Below, in pieces: positions 42,660-54,752 of a stretch of 64,000 nucleotides of DNA. Where the stretch lies: NCBI RefSeq assembly GCF_009914755.1, contig NC_060934.1; one strand, 5' to 3'. A model generated the notes under the pieces. It saw only the letters and a program-made list of their open reading frames with translations. It was not told the DNA's origin and ran no database searches. This DNA comes from the human T2T-CHM13v2.0 reference genome, Homo sapiens. Within the stretch, counting starts at the first letter, position 1, and every line of letters begins with the position of its first letter. The translations under genes were made by a program, and so were the position numbers.

Positions 42660-44600
42660 AATCAACTCCAAGATAATGGAAAGACCAAGAACAGAAGCAA
42701 ACTATGGGTTAAAAAAAAGCTTTGGAAGAAAAGTTCAAAAATTTTTTTCAAGTGAAATGCTGGCAGAATAAATTCAGCACCAGTTATTGGTAATAGAAAC
42801 TCTTAGCAAAGTATGTAGACAAGAAGAATTCCTTTATATGGCAAAGGTATCTAATAAACGCCTGCAGCAAACTGAATAATAACCTAGTAGCAGTGTTCAC
42901 TTTGAAGTCAGTAAAAAGATAAGAAGCCTGCTATCATGCTTTATTAAGTACAAATGGAGTATTTAATAAGGTAAAGCAGAAAAAATACTTATGAGTACTT
43001 AATAAGGTACTTAATAAGGTAAAGCAGAAAAAAAAAGGAAGGGAAAGAGGAGAAGAGAAGAAAGGAAGGCAGATAGGAAAGGAAGAGGAGTGAAGGGCGA
43101 GGTAAAGAGGAATGAAAGAAGGAAAGAAAGAGTATAGACATTGGGAATAAAGAACAGCACCATTTTTTGCAAAAAGTGTAATTTTTCACACAGAAAATTC
43201 AGGAGACTCCGGAGACCAAAAATTAGACACAAAAAGAAAGTTCAGATAGTTTGTCAATCATAAAAGTAATACCAAAAAAGTCAATTACATTCCTACAAAT
43301 AAATCACAAACTATTAGAAAATGTAATTTTTTATGGATATTACATAAATTATTTAAAATAACCTATAGAAATAAATCTAGCAAAAGATGTGCCATAATCT
43401 TATTGAGAAAAAAAAACTCTATTGAAGGATTTAAAACTTAAGTATTTATGGATGGTGACACGCAATATCTTGAAGATGTCACGTATAACCAAATTAATCT
43501 ATAAATTAAATGTAATTGTAGTCAAAATCTAACAGTTTTTCTTGCAACTTGAAAAGCTGCTTCTAAAATTTATATGGAAGCTACCAGCCAATTAAAATCA
43601 ACAAGACAATTTTGAGGGAAAAAGAAAATCTTAGTAACTCACCATATCATATATAAAGACATTATACAGGGATAGTAATTAAGAAATTAGAGTGTTTGAC
43701 AAGAATAGTCAATTAGAACAATGAAAAAATAACTCAGAAACAAGTTCTTGCTTACATGGACACAAAATTATGTGATATAACAAAGATAATGTCACAGATC
43801 ACAGAGAGTAAATGAACTATTTAATAAATAATGCTAGGACAGTTAGTTAATCTGGTAAACATTAATAGTGCTCAACAATGTCCAATTTTCCTCTCTTTCC
43901 AGACAGACTGAAATCCACACTTGCACACCACTTTGCAGTTGGTCTGGCTGTGTGACGGTGAATAACCAATGACCATAAGCACGAGCAGTAGGAATGGCAG
44001 GTGAAAGATGCTCCCCCTCTCCTTTGCATTGCTAACAAAGGAGGCTGTGTATCCTGGAAGGTAAAGCTACAAAACTGCAGTCACTTCTGCCTGAGCCTTT
44101 ACAAGAGCTGTAGAGCAAAGAACCAACTATGCTCACCCATCCCCAACAGCCATGAATGTTGGACAATTATAAGAAAGAAACAAATCTTTGTTGTGTTAAG
44201 ACATTAAGACTTAGGGCTTAATGTGTTACTGAAACATAACTACCTTATCTTGACAATACAATTGTCCTATGAAAAAATAAAATTAGATCCTTACCTTGCA
44301 ACACAGGTAGGTTTTAACTTAATTTAGATCTAAATATGAAAAAAGAAAACCTTCCAAAAAATTTAGAAGAAAATATACAAGAATATCCTTATGACCTCAG
44401 GGCATAGATGATTTCTTAAATAAGACACAACAAAACTCGAACCATAAGGAAAAATATTAGTAAGTTTCAATACATTAAATTTTAAAAATTCTCTGCAACA
44501 AAAGACATTATAATCAAAGTAGAAAATCAAACCACAATTTGAAGAAGATATCTGCAACCCACATAACTGAAAAAAGAGTAGTATCTGGCATATGTTGACT
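42660..44600 (+). mobile_element. Old L1M ORF2 remnant interrupted by an MLT1 LTR (~43870-44258)
   Basis: aattaatctataaattaaatgtaatt...ttctaaaatttatatggaa; MLT1 3' end ttgttgtgttaagacattaaga...tgttactgaaacataac. Confidence 0.65.
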
Positions 44601-45168
44601 CCTATAAAACCATAATATATCACTCCTTGAATAAAAAATGTAAACAAATATTTCTATTCCAATACATACAATTCTAGATTATGTGTATTGTAATACATAT
44701 AATATAGTAATAGTCTAACTAATTAAGTAGATGTAAATGGCTGTGATGAGGGAAACCACTTAAAAGATGTGGTTTGTGTCTTGCCCAGTAATTGTCTCTG
44801 CTTCTTGGTGCTGCTCAATGCTGGAGTTCTATGGACCAACAGGTCTTTTTCAATCCAGTCTTTAAGAGACCTGTAGAGCAAAGAACCAACTGTGCTCTTA
44901 CGTATTTGTTCCCCTAATGAGATTACACACTCTCAAGGCAGCAGTTGAAATTTTGGGCTTCCTGGCATGAGGCTTTTTCAAAAATTTAATTTGAATGTCT
45001 CTAGATGAAGCTGTGAAATTCCACCATTTGCAATAGGCGCCATCATTCTCTACAGTCTTATCAGCCCAAGTCACATATCTGTTACCTATCTGACCTATAT
45101 ATGCAGTCAAGTTATGACTTCTGCTTATGAGCAGTGATTAGCTTTAACTTTTTAAAACTGATAAATCA

Positions 45169-45430
<262 letters not shown>

Positions 45431-46303
45431 TACCTTTCTGGTAATAGGTCAAACTGATTTTTAGCAAGTTACAAAAGCAATTCAATGAAACGACAGTCTT
45501 CAACAAATGATGCTGGACATTTTTGGTCAAAAAAAAAAAAAAAGAACCTGAACCTAAACCTCACACCTTATACAAAATTAATTTAAAATACATCAAGGAA
45601 TCAAAAGTCTAACATAAAACTATAAAACATTTTAGAAAAAAAATTATAGGCAAAATCTTCAGCACTTAGGGTTCAGTGAAGAGGTTTTAGAATTGATTCC
45701 AAAAGCAAGATTTATGAAAGGAAAACTGATAAATTGAAACTCGCTGAAATTTAAAAATTTGCTCTGCAAAAGACCCTATTAAGATGAAAAGACAAGTTAT
45801 AGACTACAAGAAATCATTCGCCAAACATATATTTGACAAAAAAACCTCTATCTAGAATATATAAGGAACTCTCAAAACATACCAATTTTAAAAAGCCAAT
45901 CCAATTAGAACAGGCAAAAGGCATGAACAGACATTTCACCAAATGGGCATACAGATGGCAAATAAACACATGAAAGGTATTCAATAATATTATCCATTAG
46001 GGAAATACAGATTAAAACCACAACGATATTACTATGCACCAGTAAGCATGGCTAAAATAAAAAATTATGACAATACCAAATGCAAATAAAGTTGAGGAGA
46101 AACTGAATCAGTCATACATTGCTGGAGAGATATGGAATAGTATAGCCAATTTAAAATATAGTTAGCCAAGTAGTTTTAAAAAAAAACCAAAAACTAAACA
46201 TGCACCTACCATATGGTCTAGAAATCCTCCTTTTAGGCATTTATCCCAGAAAAATAAAATTCACACTCACACAAAAACATACACAAGAATGTTCATAAAA
46301 ACT

Positions 46304-46712
46304 ATATTAGGGCTCTCCAGAGAAACAGAACCAATAATACACACGTGTGCACACACGCACAGAGATTTAAGAAATTGGCTCACATGGTTTTGGGGGTTAG
46401 CAAGTCTAAAATCTGCAGGACAGGCCAGTAGGCAGGAGACCCAGGAAAGAGTTATTTTAGTAGTTTTGAGTCCTAAAGTCATCTAGAAGTAGAATTCCTT
46501 TTCCTTGAGAGATCTCAGTCTTTTCTCTTGAAATCTTCAACTGATTAAATGAAGCCCACTCACACTGTAGAGGGTAATCTGCTTTACTCAAAATCTACTT
46601 ATTTATATGTTAATTATACATTTAAAAAACCTTCGCAGCAACATCTAAACTGGTGTTTAACAAATACCTGGGTACCATAATCTAGCCAAGTTAACATATA
46701 TAATTAGCCATG
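46304..46712 (-). mobile_element. MLT2-family LTR
   Basis: tattagggctctccagagaaacagaaccaata; agggtaatctgctttactcaa; ctagccaagttaacatataatt. Confidence 0.8.
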
Positions 46713-47021
46713 ATAGCAGGTTTTGTTGATAGCCAAGTAATAAGAGCAACCAAAAAGTCCTTCAGCATGGTAATGATTAAACAAACTGTGATACATCCAT
46801 GCCATGGAATACTACTCAGCAATAAAAAAAAAAAAAAAAAAAAAAAAAACAAGCTCTTAATGCACACAACAATATAGACGAAACTCAAATGTACTGAGTT
46901 TTAAAAGGAGTCAATATCAAGGTACTATATGATTCCATATATAACATTCTTAAGTAAAATTATACAGATAGAGAACAGATTAGTGGTCTCCAGGGGTTAT
47001 GAATGGGGAGGGGGTGGGTAT

Positions 47022-47655
47022 TGATACGGCTGTGGTGACTGGAGGAATACCAGGGTCCTTTGTCTCAAGCCAGTTTAAATAAAACAACACAGACACACGT
47101 GGAGTGGTTTTAAGGAGTGGAGACAGTTTAATAGGCAAGAAAGAAAGAAGAAGCTCCCCCATACAAAGACAGAGGGAGGGGGGCTCCAGGCCAAGAGAGG
47201 GAACCCTAAGTGCAGTAGAAAACAGAGTTATAATAGGAGGCTGGAGGAGGCAGTATCTGATTTACATAGGGCCCAGGGGATTGGTTTGACCAGATATGTC
47301 ATTCACATAGCCCGCAAAAAAACTGGCCTTCCCACCCTAGTCTTTTAATATGCAAATGCAGGGCACCATGATGTTCTACAGAGGTGAGGGTTATCTGGGG
47401 GCAGCCATGATGCAAGGCACTTGTGATAAGAAGAAGAAGGCGGGAATCGCTATATTGAGTGGACCCAGTTTCTAATGGCTGGCATTTGCTTATCAAAGCT
47501 TGCTGGCCTGGCCCTAAGAGTTGCTTTTCTGCTAGACAAGAAACGTTTCTGGAGCTGCTTTAAAAGAAAAAAAAAATAAAATAAAAAAATAAAACCTTAC
47601 TAAGGACCCCTTTTCTTCTCTGCCTAACAATAATTTCTTAATAACTCCTATAACA
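47022..47655 (-). mobile_element. LTR9-like solo LTR
   Basis: Reverse complement begins tgttataggagttattaagaaattatt; 4-bp TSD GTAT. Confidence 0.75.
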
Positions 47656-47727
47656 GTATAACTATAAATGGATAGCAGGAAGGAATCTTCTGGTGATGCA
47701 ACAGTTTGGTATCTTGGTAGTGGTGGT

Positions 47728-48988
47728 TGTCACGCACGTCCGTGTTGTAGCAGGACAAGCCGCAGACAAAACTCCTCAGACACCGAGTTAAAGAAGGAAG
47801 GGGTTTATTCGGCTGGGGACATCGGCAAGACTCCTGTCTCAAGGGCTGAGCTCCCCGAGTGAGCAATTCCTGTCCCTTTTAAAGGGCTCACAACTCCAAG
47901 GGGGTGTACGTGAGAGGGTCATGATTGATTGAGCAAGCAGGGGGTACGTGACTGAGGGCTGCATGCACCGGTAATTAGATCGGAACAAAACAGGATAGGG
48001 ATTTTCACAGTGCATTTCTATACAGTTTCTGCAAACTATAGATAACATAACCGATTAGGTCAGGGGTCGATCTTTAACTACCAGGCCCAGGCTGTGGGGC
48101 CGGGCTATCTGCTTGTGGATTTCATTTCTGCCTTTTAGTTTCTACTTTTTCTTTCTTTAGAGGCAGAAATTGGGCATAAGACAATATGAGGGGTGGTCTC
48201 TTTAGTGTGAAGAGACCACCAAACAGGCTTTGTGTGAGCAATAAAACTTTTTAATCACCTGGGTGCAGGCCGGCTGAGTCCGAAAAGAGAGTCAGCAGAC
48301 GGAGATAGGGGTGGGGCAGTTTTATGGAATTTGGGTAGGTAGTGGAAAATTACAGTTAAAGGGGTTGTTCTCTGGTGGGCAGGGCGGGGGCTTACAATGT
48401 GCTCCTCCGTGGGGAACTTCTGAGACTCATTGTCCAGGAGAAGGAATTTCACAAGACAGTGTCATCAGTTAAGGCAGGAACCAGGCCATTTTCACTTCTT
48501 TTGTGATTCTTCAGTTGCTTCAGGCCATCTGGATGTATAAGTGCAGGTCACAGGGGATATCATGGCTTAGCTTGGGCTCAGAGACCTGACATTCCTGTCT
48601 TCTTATATTAATAGGAAAAGTAAAACAAAATAGTGATGAAGTGTTGGGGCGGCGAAAATTTTTGGGGGTGGTATGGAGAGATAATGGGCGATGTTTCTCA
48701 GGGCTGCTTTGAGTGGGATTAGGGGCAGCATGGGAACCTAGAGATTAAGCTGAAGGAAGATTTTGCGGTAAGGGGTGATATTGTGGGGTTGTTAGAAGGA
48801 GCATTTGTCGTATAGAATGATTGGTGATGGCCTGGATGCAGTTTTGTATGAATTGAGAAACTAAACGGAAGACACAAGGTCCAAATAAGAGGAGAAAAAC
48901 AGGTATTTAAGGACTAAGAATTGGGAGGACCTAGGACATCCAATTAGACAGTGCCCAAGGGGGTTCAGCGTGATTATTTGCTTGGTTG
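47728..48988 (-). mobile_element. HERV-H 3' remnant: LTR7 (47728-47745 + 48205-48591) and ~400 bp of internal 3' end (48592-48988)
   Basis: tgtcacgcacgtccgtgt|gaagagaccaccaaacaggctttgtgtgagca ... ttagcttgggctcagagacctgaca; PPT-like ttcctgtcttct follows. Confidence 0.88.
47746..48204 (-). mobile_element. LTR2 (HERV-E) solo LTR nested in LTR7
   Basis: Reverse complement begins taaagagaccacccctcatattgtcttatgcccaatttctgcctc; 4-bp TSD GTGT. Confidence 0.82.
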
Positions 48989-49928
48989 TCCCTCTGAACC
49001 GCTCTCAAAATATGTGAAAGAAGTAAATTTTGGGATAAAATACTTTTATTTACTTTGCAATCTTTTAGTAATCGTTATAGGGTAGGACCTGCTAAAATGG
49101 AAAAGTCTCTCCTTGCTGGGCTAAGAATGGCTCTTTTTAAGTTCTTGCAGTCATGAAATAGTCGCTAGTCTTTCTCTCACTACTCAGAAGGTATGTCTAC
49201 AAAACCCTTGAGTTGTCTTTTGAGGGCACTGACCCAGTTTTTCATGTATGGAAAGTGAAATTGTTTCAGAGCCAGACAGAGCCTAGAAACAAATTTGCAG
49301 GAAACCCCCATTGTCACGACTGACCCGTCCCAAGTACAAAACAAAATCATCTGTGGTCCCTGGTGCTGCAATAATGTTTCATTTAACCCTGCAGCTCCAT
49401 GTCCAACCAAGGACAAAATAGATATTGGAACGTGGTGAAGTACAAACTGGGATACATTCACAGCCTCGTAATCATGCTGTGCAAGGAGAGGCCAACATTC
49501 CCTGGTTCCCTTGCAAGCTTGTGTCCTCTCATCTGTGGCAACCTTGCTGAGGCTGCTTCCCTCACTGGCTTACGTGGCCTTAGTGGGATTCAACTGACCC
49601 AGGGTACTCTCCTTTTACTCATAATGTCCTATCCATCTAGGGGGGAGGGCAGGGGATTTCATCTGGCTGGCTTGGTGTTTGGCTTATTTTGAGAAGATAG
49701 CTGCCGAAGAGTGAAATTAGTGCTGGGCAATTTAGAGATGCAAACACCAGTGTGCAGAGAGAGAAGGACATGCCTGGAAGACAAAGATTTCTGTTCAGAT
49801 ATATTTCTTACATACAATGTAAACTGCAGTAAGGACTACTACTATTGTACAGTGCTAAGTGGGAAGGGATATAGTCTTTCTACTTGTAAAACTTAGCCAC
49901 CAAGAGGGCCAAGCACTCAACGTAGAGG

Positions 49929-50654
49929 CGAAACCACCTTTGCAAAAATTATGACAGTAAGAAAAATATGACATAGGAAAATTATGACAGTGAAAGAAAT
50001 CTCACATAACTGACTCCATCTTGCTTCTAACCCCCAAGCTACCCTTATTTATTCCTAGGCATAGGCCCAACTAACTATGGGAGGAATTTAGTTTATAGTT
50101 TAACTTTGAAACAAACATGATAGCCCTTCTCCAAACCCCCTCCTTGCTTGGGGACAAGACTGCCTTTGTAAAATGAAAAAGTTAGAAATTATGGCTCAAG
50201 AGTCATGCAACTAGAAGCCACAAGATTCCTAACCTCCCCAATTGTTCCTATAGATAACATAACCATTGTCAAACCAATGAGTGGTGTTTTGAGGTATTTT
50301 TCAGATGCTGTCTTCTGATGGACCAGCTGGCACCACCCAGATTGGCAAACTGGCTTACTGGGTCTTGTGGCTCCTGACCAGGAACCGATTCAGTCCAGGA
50401 GGACAAGCTCTGACTATGATTTCATCCCTAAGTAATCAGCTCTTCCCATTTCCTAGCCCCCTGCCTACCAAACTATCCTTGAAAAACCCTAGCCTCTGAA
50501 TTTTCAGGGCGGTTGATTTAAGTAATAATAAACTCCTGTCCTTCCATTTATCTGGCTCAGTGTTTATTAAACTCCTCCTCGATCGCGAAAACCTGCTTCT
50601 CAGTATATTGGCTTTTCAGGGCAGCAGGCAAGATGAACCCATCAGGCGATTACA
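49929..50654 (+). mobile_element. LTR8-family solo LTR
   Basis: gaaaccacctttgcaaaaattatgacag ... gcaagatgaacccatcaggcgattaca; TSD GAGG. Confidence 0.82.
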
Positions 50655-51375
50655 GAGGGATGGTGATAAAAGGAGCCTCCTAAAATTAATTATGAGTAAG
50701 CATCAAAATTAAATTATAAGATTAATTTTAAATGTTGATAAATTTTTCAAAGTCCTAGGTGAGTATTCTGAAAATGTAAGACATGTAAATAAGTGTTTAC
50801 ATATATATGTCTATATGATTCCCCAATTAGATTGTAAGTTCCTTAAAAGTAGGAACTCTATAATGTCTAGCCTAGCTTGCCGCACAGACTAGCATTCAAA
50901 AAATTAGAGAAGAAAACTAATATTTGCTCTGTACCTAGTCTTTTCTTTTGCATATTCAAACTCGTCAGTTTAATCCTCACAACAATGCCCTTAGCAAAAA
51001 CTATTATTGGCATTTTGCAGATATGGGAAGATGCTAAGAGAGTTTGAGTGACATGCTCAAGGGCTTACAGAGAGTAAGGGGAGGACTGACACCCATATCC
51101 AGGTCTATGTGTCTGACCCAGAGGCCCCTGTTGTGTCAACAGCACTATTTGGTTTCCCAAATATGTATTATTTCATTTTGAATGTGTGCGAAGTGTGTAT
51201 GTATACACGTATATTTTAAGTGTTAAGGTAACCAAAAGTAAATCCTTACTAAGCAGCACACACTGATGATGTACAGCAGGTTCATGTTTTATAGTTCTAA
51301 TGACACAAAAAGATTCTTGAGTGCTTTCCAAATCAAGCACTATTAAAAATTAACATGAATATTAATTTTAATATG

Positions 51376-51627
51376 AATCACTAAAACATTAATATAGACT
51401 AATTTTAATATAGAATAATATATTTTCATAACATATATAAATATATTAATATAGAATAATATATTAATATATTCATAACATATATAAATATATTAATATA
51501 GAATAATATATTAATAACATATATAAATATATTAATATAGAATAATATATTATTAATGTAGAATGATATACTTAGTCTATATTAATAAATATTCTGTATT
51601 AATATGTTCCATATTGTTTTAGTGATT
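51376..51627. repeat. AT-rich minisatellite (~40-47 bp units) bracketed by inverted repeats
   Basis: taacatatataaatatattaatatagaataatatatta x3; arms aatcactaaaaca/tgttttagtgatt and attaatatagactaa/ttagtctatattaat. Confidence 0.85.
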
Positions 51628-52097
51628 ATTGAAATGGGGCAATCCATGTATAGTGACTCTTTATGGAGAAGACAACTTGTCTATGATGGTTACAATGATA
51701 ATATTAGTAAGTAGAGAAAAGAGAGGAAGAAATTGAGAGGATAAAAGAAAGGAAGGTTGATTCTTTGTTAGCTTCAAAGAGGAACTTAGTCTAGGTTGCA
51801 GAGAACTGGGAAAGTAGTACCAGTCTGAATTAGTACAGCAGTTTCCAATTGTTAAAATATTTTTGTGACATCTCAGTCTCACAGGTAGCATTAGGGATTT
51901 TGTGTTGGAGGACAATACAGGTTCCTTGCAACAGCTACAGAAGTTACAAGTTCTAACCCCAGGCAAAATTTTTATTTCCACCCACCACGCAATTCCAGAA
52001 GACATGTTTTTAAATGAAAGGAAAATATAAAACAAAACAAAAATGTCTGATACAGCTTCTCAAATAGAGAACAGCATTAGAGCCTACAGTTAAGAGC

Positions 52098-52676
52098 TAA
52101 AGGGGAAAAATCACCCACATAGGTTCTTAGTTGGAATGAACTCCTGTTACAAAAGACAGATTAATTAAAAATGAACTCCTGTTACAAAAGACAGATTAAA
52201 AAAAGTTTATTAATATGGATATTTCATTCATATATATATATATATATATATGTATATGAAATACCCAGAGAATGAGTAGTTTTCCAAGAGGTGGCTCTGA
52301 ATTCCCACTTATATAGCATCTTCAACAAAGAACAGTGAATTTTTAGAGAAGTAACAAGGCAAAGGCAAAGAACTTTGAGCCTCTAGGGACAGCAACTTGA
52401 GGAAAGGTAAATTAGTCCCAAATAAAGGCTAATTAGTAGAGCCTGTTAATATAAATTCCTCTGGAATGTTCTCCGGTCCAATGAGGGTTTGAAGTCTTCA
52501 GTGTTTAACCTTTGTTCTCCCCAGTGAAAGAGGGTGCAAGATACCTTTGTAAATCCATGTTATATTTTTAGGCAAATAGAGAGAAGGCAGAGAACTTCCC
52601 TGAATCTGCTTCTTCCTAATTGTCTTCTGCTCAACAATCCTTCATATTTAAGGGCAGTATATCCTGGTCTCCCACA
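52098..52676 (-). mobile_element. MER34/MER39-group solo LTR
   Basis: Reverse complement begins tgtgggagaccaggatatactgcccttaaatatgaagg; contains a ~30-bp tandem duplication at 52136-52200. Confidence 0.7.
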
Positions 52677-52801
52677 AAAGAGAAACCTAATGTAAAATAT
52701 AGCGTAAACTGCATTAGTTGCTGAAAATGTGAAACTTTACCTGAGCCCTGGGCTCCTGGAAAAACAGCCATGGTCAAGAAATCCAACCACTACCACCACC
52801 A

Positions 52802-53135
52802 CGAAGGAAGCCAAAACATTTCACCCCAAAATAGGTTTCCTTGACAAGGAGATTTTCTCTGCATTGACGCAGCCAGATCTTCTTCGAGGGCTTTCTTTTA
52901 TCTGATCATGGAAAGATCAACTAAGAGTCTGACACCTTTAAAGGTCTAAAAGAAACATATTACTATATATTCTCTCTGAGAGCTGCTCAGAGAGGTTTCA
53001 TCTACATAACAAGACCATGTTTGCTAGTCAGCCCTCCTCTTTTTCCCCTCCCATGACTACTTGTTTTGTCATTATAACCTGTTTTGCCACAATCCAAGCC
53101 CCAATTTTTCTTGTAACCCTCAAGATGGTAGGTAT

Positions 53136-53183
<48 letters not shown>

Positions 53184-53242
53184 GTGTGTGTGTGTGTATA
53201 TATATATATGTGTGTGTATATATATGTGTGTATATATATGTA

Positions 53243-53275
<33 letters not shown>

Positions 53276-53434
53276 GCTTCTGAACCCCATTGAGGGGTTG
53301 GGGTAATCACTCCGTGGTTCTCTCCCGTGTGTGTTAATAAATGTGTATGACTTTTCTCCTATGAATCTGCCTTTTGTGAGTTGATTTTTTGAATCTTCAA
53401 AGGGTAAAGGTGAAGTTTTCCCTTGACCACTACA
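52802..53434 (+). mobile_element. ERV1 solo LTR (LTR48-like) containing a compound (TG)/(TA) microsatellite
   Basis: gaaggaagccaaaacatttcaccccaaaata ... ttttcccttgaccactaca; TSD ACCA. Confidence 0.72.
53132..53277. repeat. Compound (TG)n/(TA)n microsatellite
   Basis: ~145 bp of alternating purine-pyrimidine. Confidence 0.95.
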
Positions 53435-53514
53435 ACCACCACCCTTTTGTATTTCAGAAAACAGCTTACTATAAAGAACCATCCTACATATAACTTAAAG
53501 AGGCCCATAGATGA

Positions 53515-54752
53515 TGTGAAAATAAGTAATTCAAAAATCTAAGTTCTTGGAACTCTAAATTATTTTGAGCCAAAAATAAAGATGATTGTGGGGCCTGAGT
53601 CATGTGACAGGCAGCCATAACTTAGGAAGTTGTGACCTTCATTTCTCTGTTAAATTAAGCCTTCTTTGTTTTGGAAAATGATGTAACGAGCTAAAGGGTA
53701 CCAGGAAAGACTCCATCCCCCTTCACTGTTGATCTTCATTGTAGATTAATTTCCCCCCTTCTTTTCTTTTTTTTTAATTGCTTTTAATTTTATTTATTTT
53801 TGCTCTGCAATAAAAATGCTTTTAACAAACACCATATGTTGCACCTTTCCATATATGGCACAGGATACAAATTTGATTAAGATATAATTCTGCCCAGTAG
53901 AAGGTGGGAGAAGGGAAAGGAAGAAGAAATAGAAAATATAAGTTGAATCTGATCCTTAATATGATTTTTACTCCATGTATACTTTTACTCAAATGATAGC
54001 TTGTGCACATGCAAGGATGGACTATGCTATTTCAAGGTACTTTCTATGGGGGAAGGAAAGCAGGAGAAGGAAAAGAAGATGAGGAGAAGGCCATGTATCT
54101 CCACTTCCTGAAGGAAAAAGCACATTGGTCCCCAAAATGTCAAATGAGTAGAAGGAATATTATACAGGGGAGCAGAAGTATGTTTTGCATGGAGGCCTCA
54201 TTTTAGCAATCTTTTTGACCTTCTGCTTCCAAATCTTATTTGCCAATTTAATGCCTTTATATAAAGTTCTTATGATGAATGAAAAACTTTCTCTTTTTTT
54301 GGCTATTTTTTTTTTATTTTACTTTAAGTTCCGGGATACATGTGCAGAACATGCAGGGTTGTTAGATAGATATACACGTGCCATGGTGGTTTGCTGCACC
54401 TATTCTCTCTTACTTTTCTTATACAAAGACTTCACGGCTATCACATTGTCTTAAGATAGAATGTTAAATATAGTCTTTTAAATTGGTTAAAAAACATGAA
54501 AACAAGCCATAAGGAAAATAAAACAAACTAATTAAATTGTAAAGACTCATAAACCAACCATGTATAGAAAATGTTGCAATCTTGTTAAATTTCTTCATTT
54601 TCTGCCTATATAAGAAGAAATTAACTTTTAACTTTGGAACACTGACCACATTTCTCTGGAGTCTTTGTCTCTCAAGTGGCTATTCCCAGCTTTTTGCTTG
54701 AATAAACTCTTTAAAATTGGATTCTGATCCCTTTGATTATTTCATATTGACA
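53515..54752 (+). mobile_element. LTR54/MER4-group solo LTR interrupted by an L1 transduction
   Basis: tgtgaaaataagtaattcaaaaatctaag ... gattatttcatattgaca; TSD ATGA. Confidence 0.72.
53761..54402 (-). mobile_element. Severely 5'-truncated L1PA (~54290-54402) with a ~500-bp 3' transduction and a second poly-A
   Basis: L1PA terminus ttttactttaagttccgggatacatgtgcagaacatgcagg...gtgccatggtggtttgctgcacctat; then non-L1 DNA; then a T-tract at 53761-53775; degenerate TSD in the host LTR. Confidence 0.72.

Larger units (their letters stand above)
45445..47727 (+). mobile_element. L1MC/MD 3' region, interrupted by MLT2 and LTR9
   Basis: gtcttcaacaaatgatgctggaca; catgaacagacatttcacc; ccatatggtctagaaatcctccttttaggcatttatcccag. 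Confidence 0.8.

Noticed and set aside
44898-45110. Protein-like 70-aa minus-strand ORF
   Set aside because: TTG start, no recognisable homology, no convincing splice sites.
53002-53482. HT/CV/YI-repeat ORFs
   Set aside because: Microsatellite translation artefacts.
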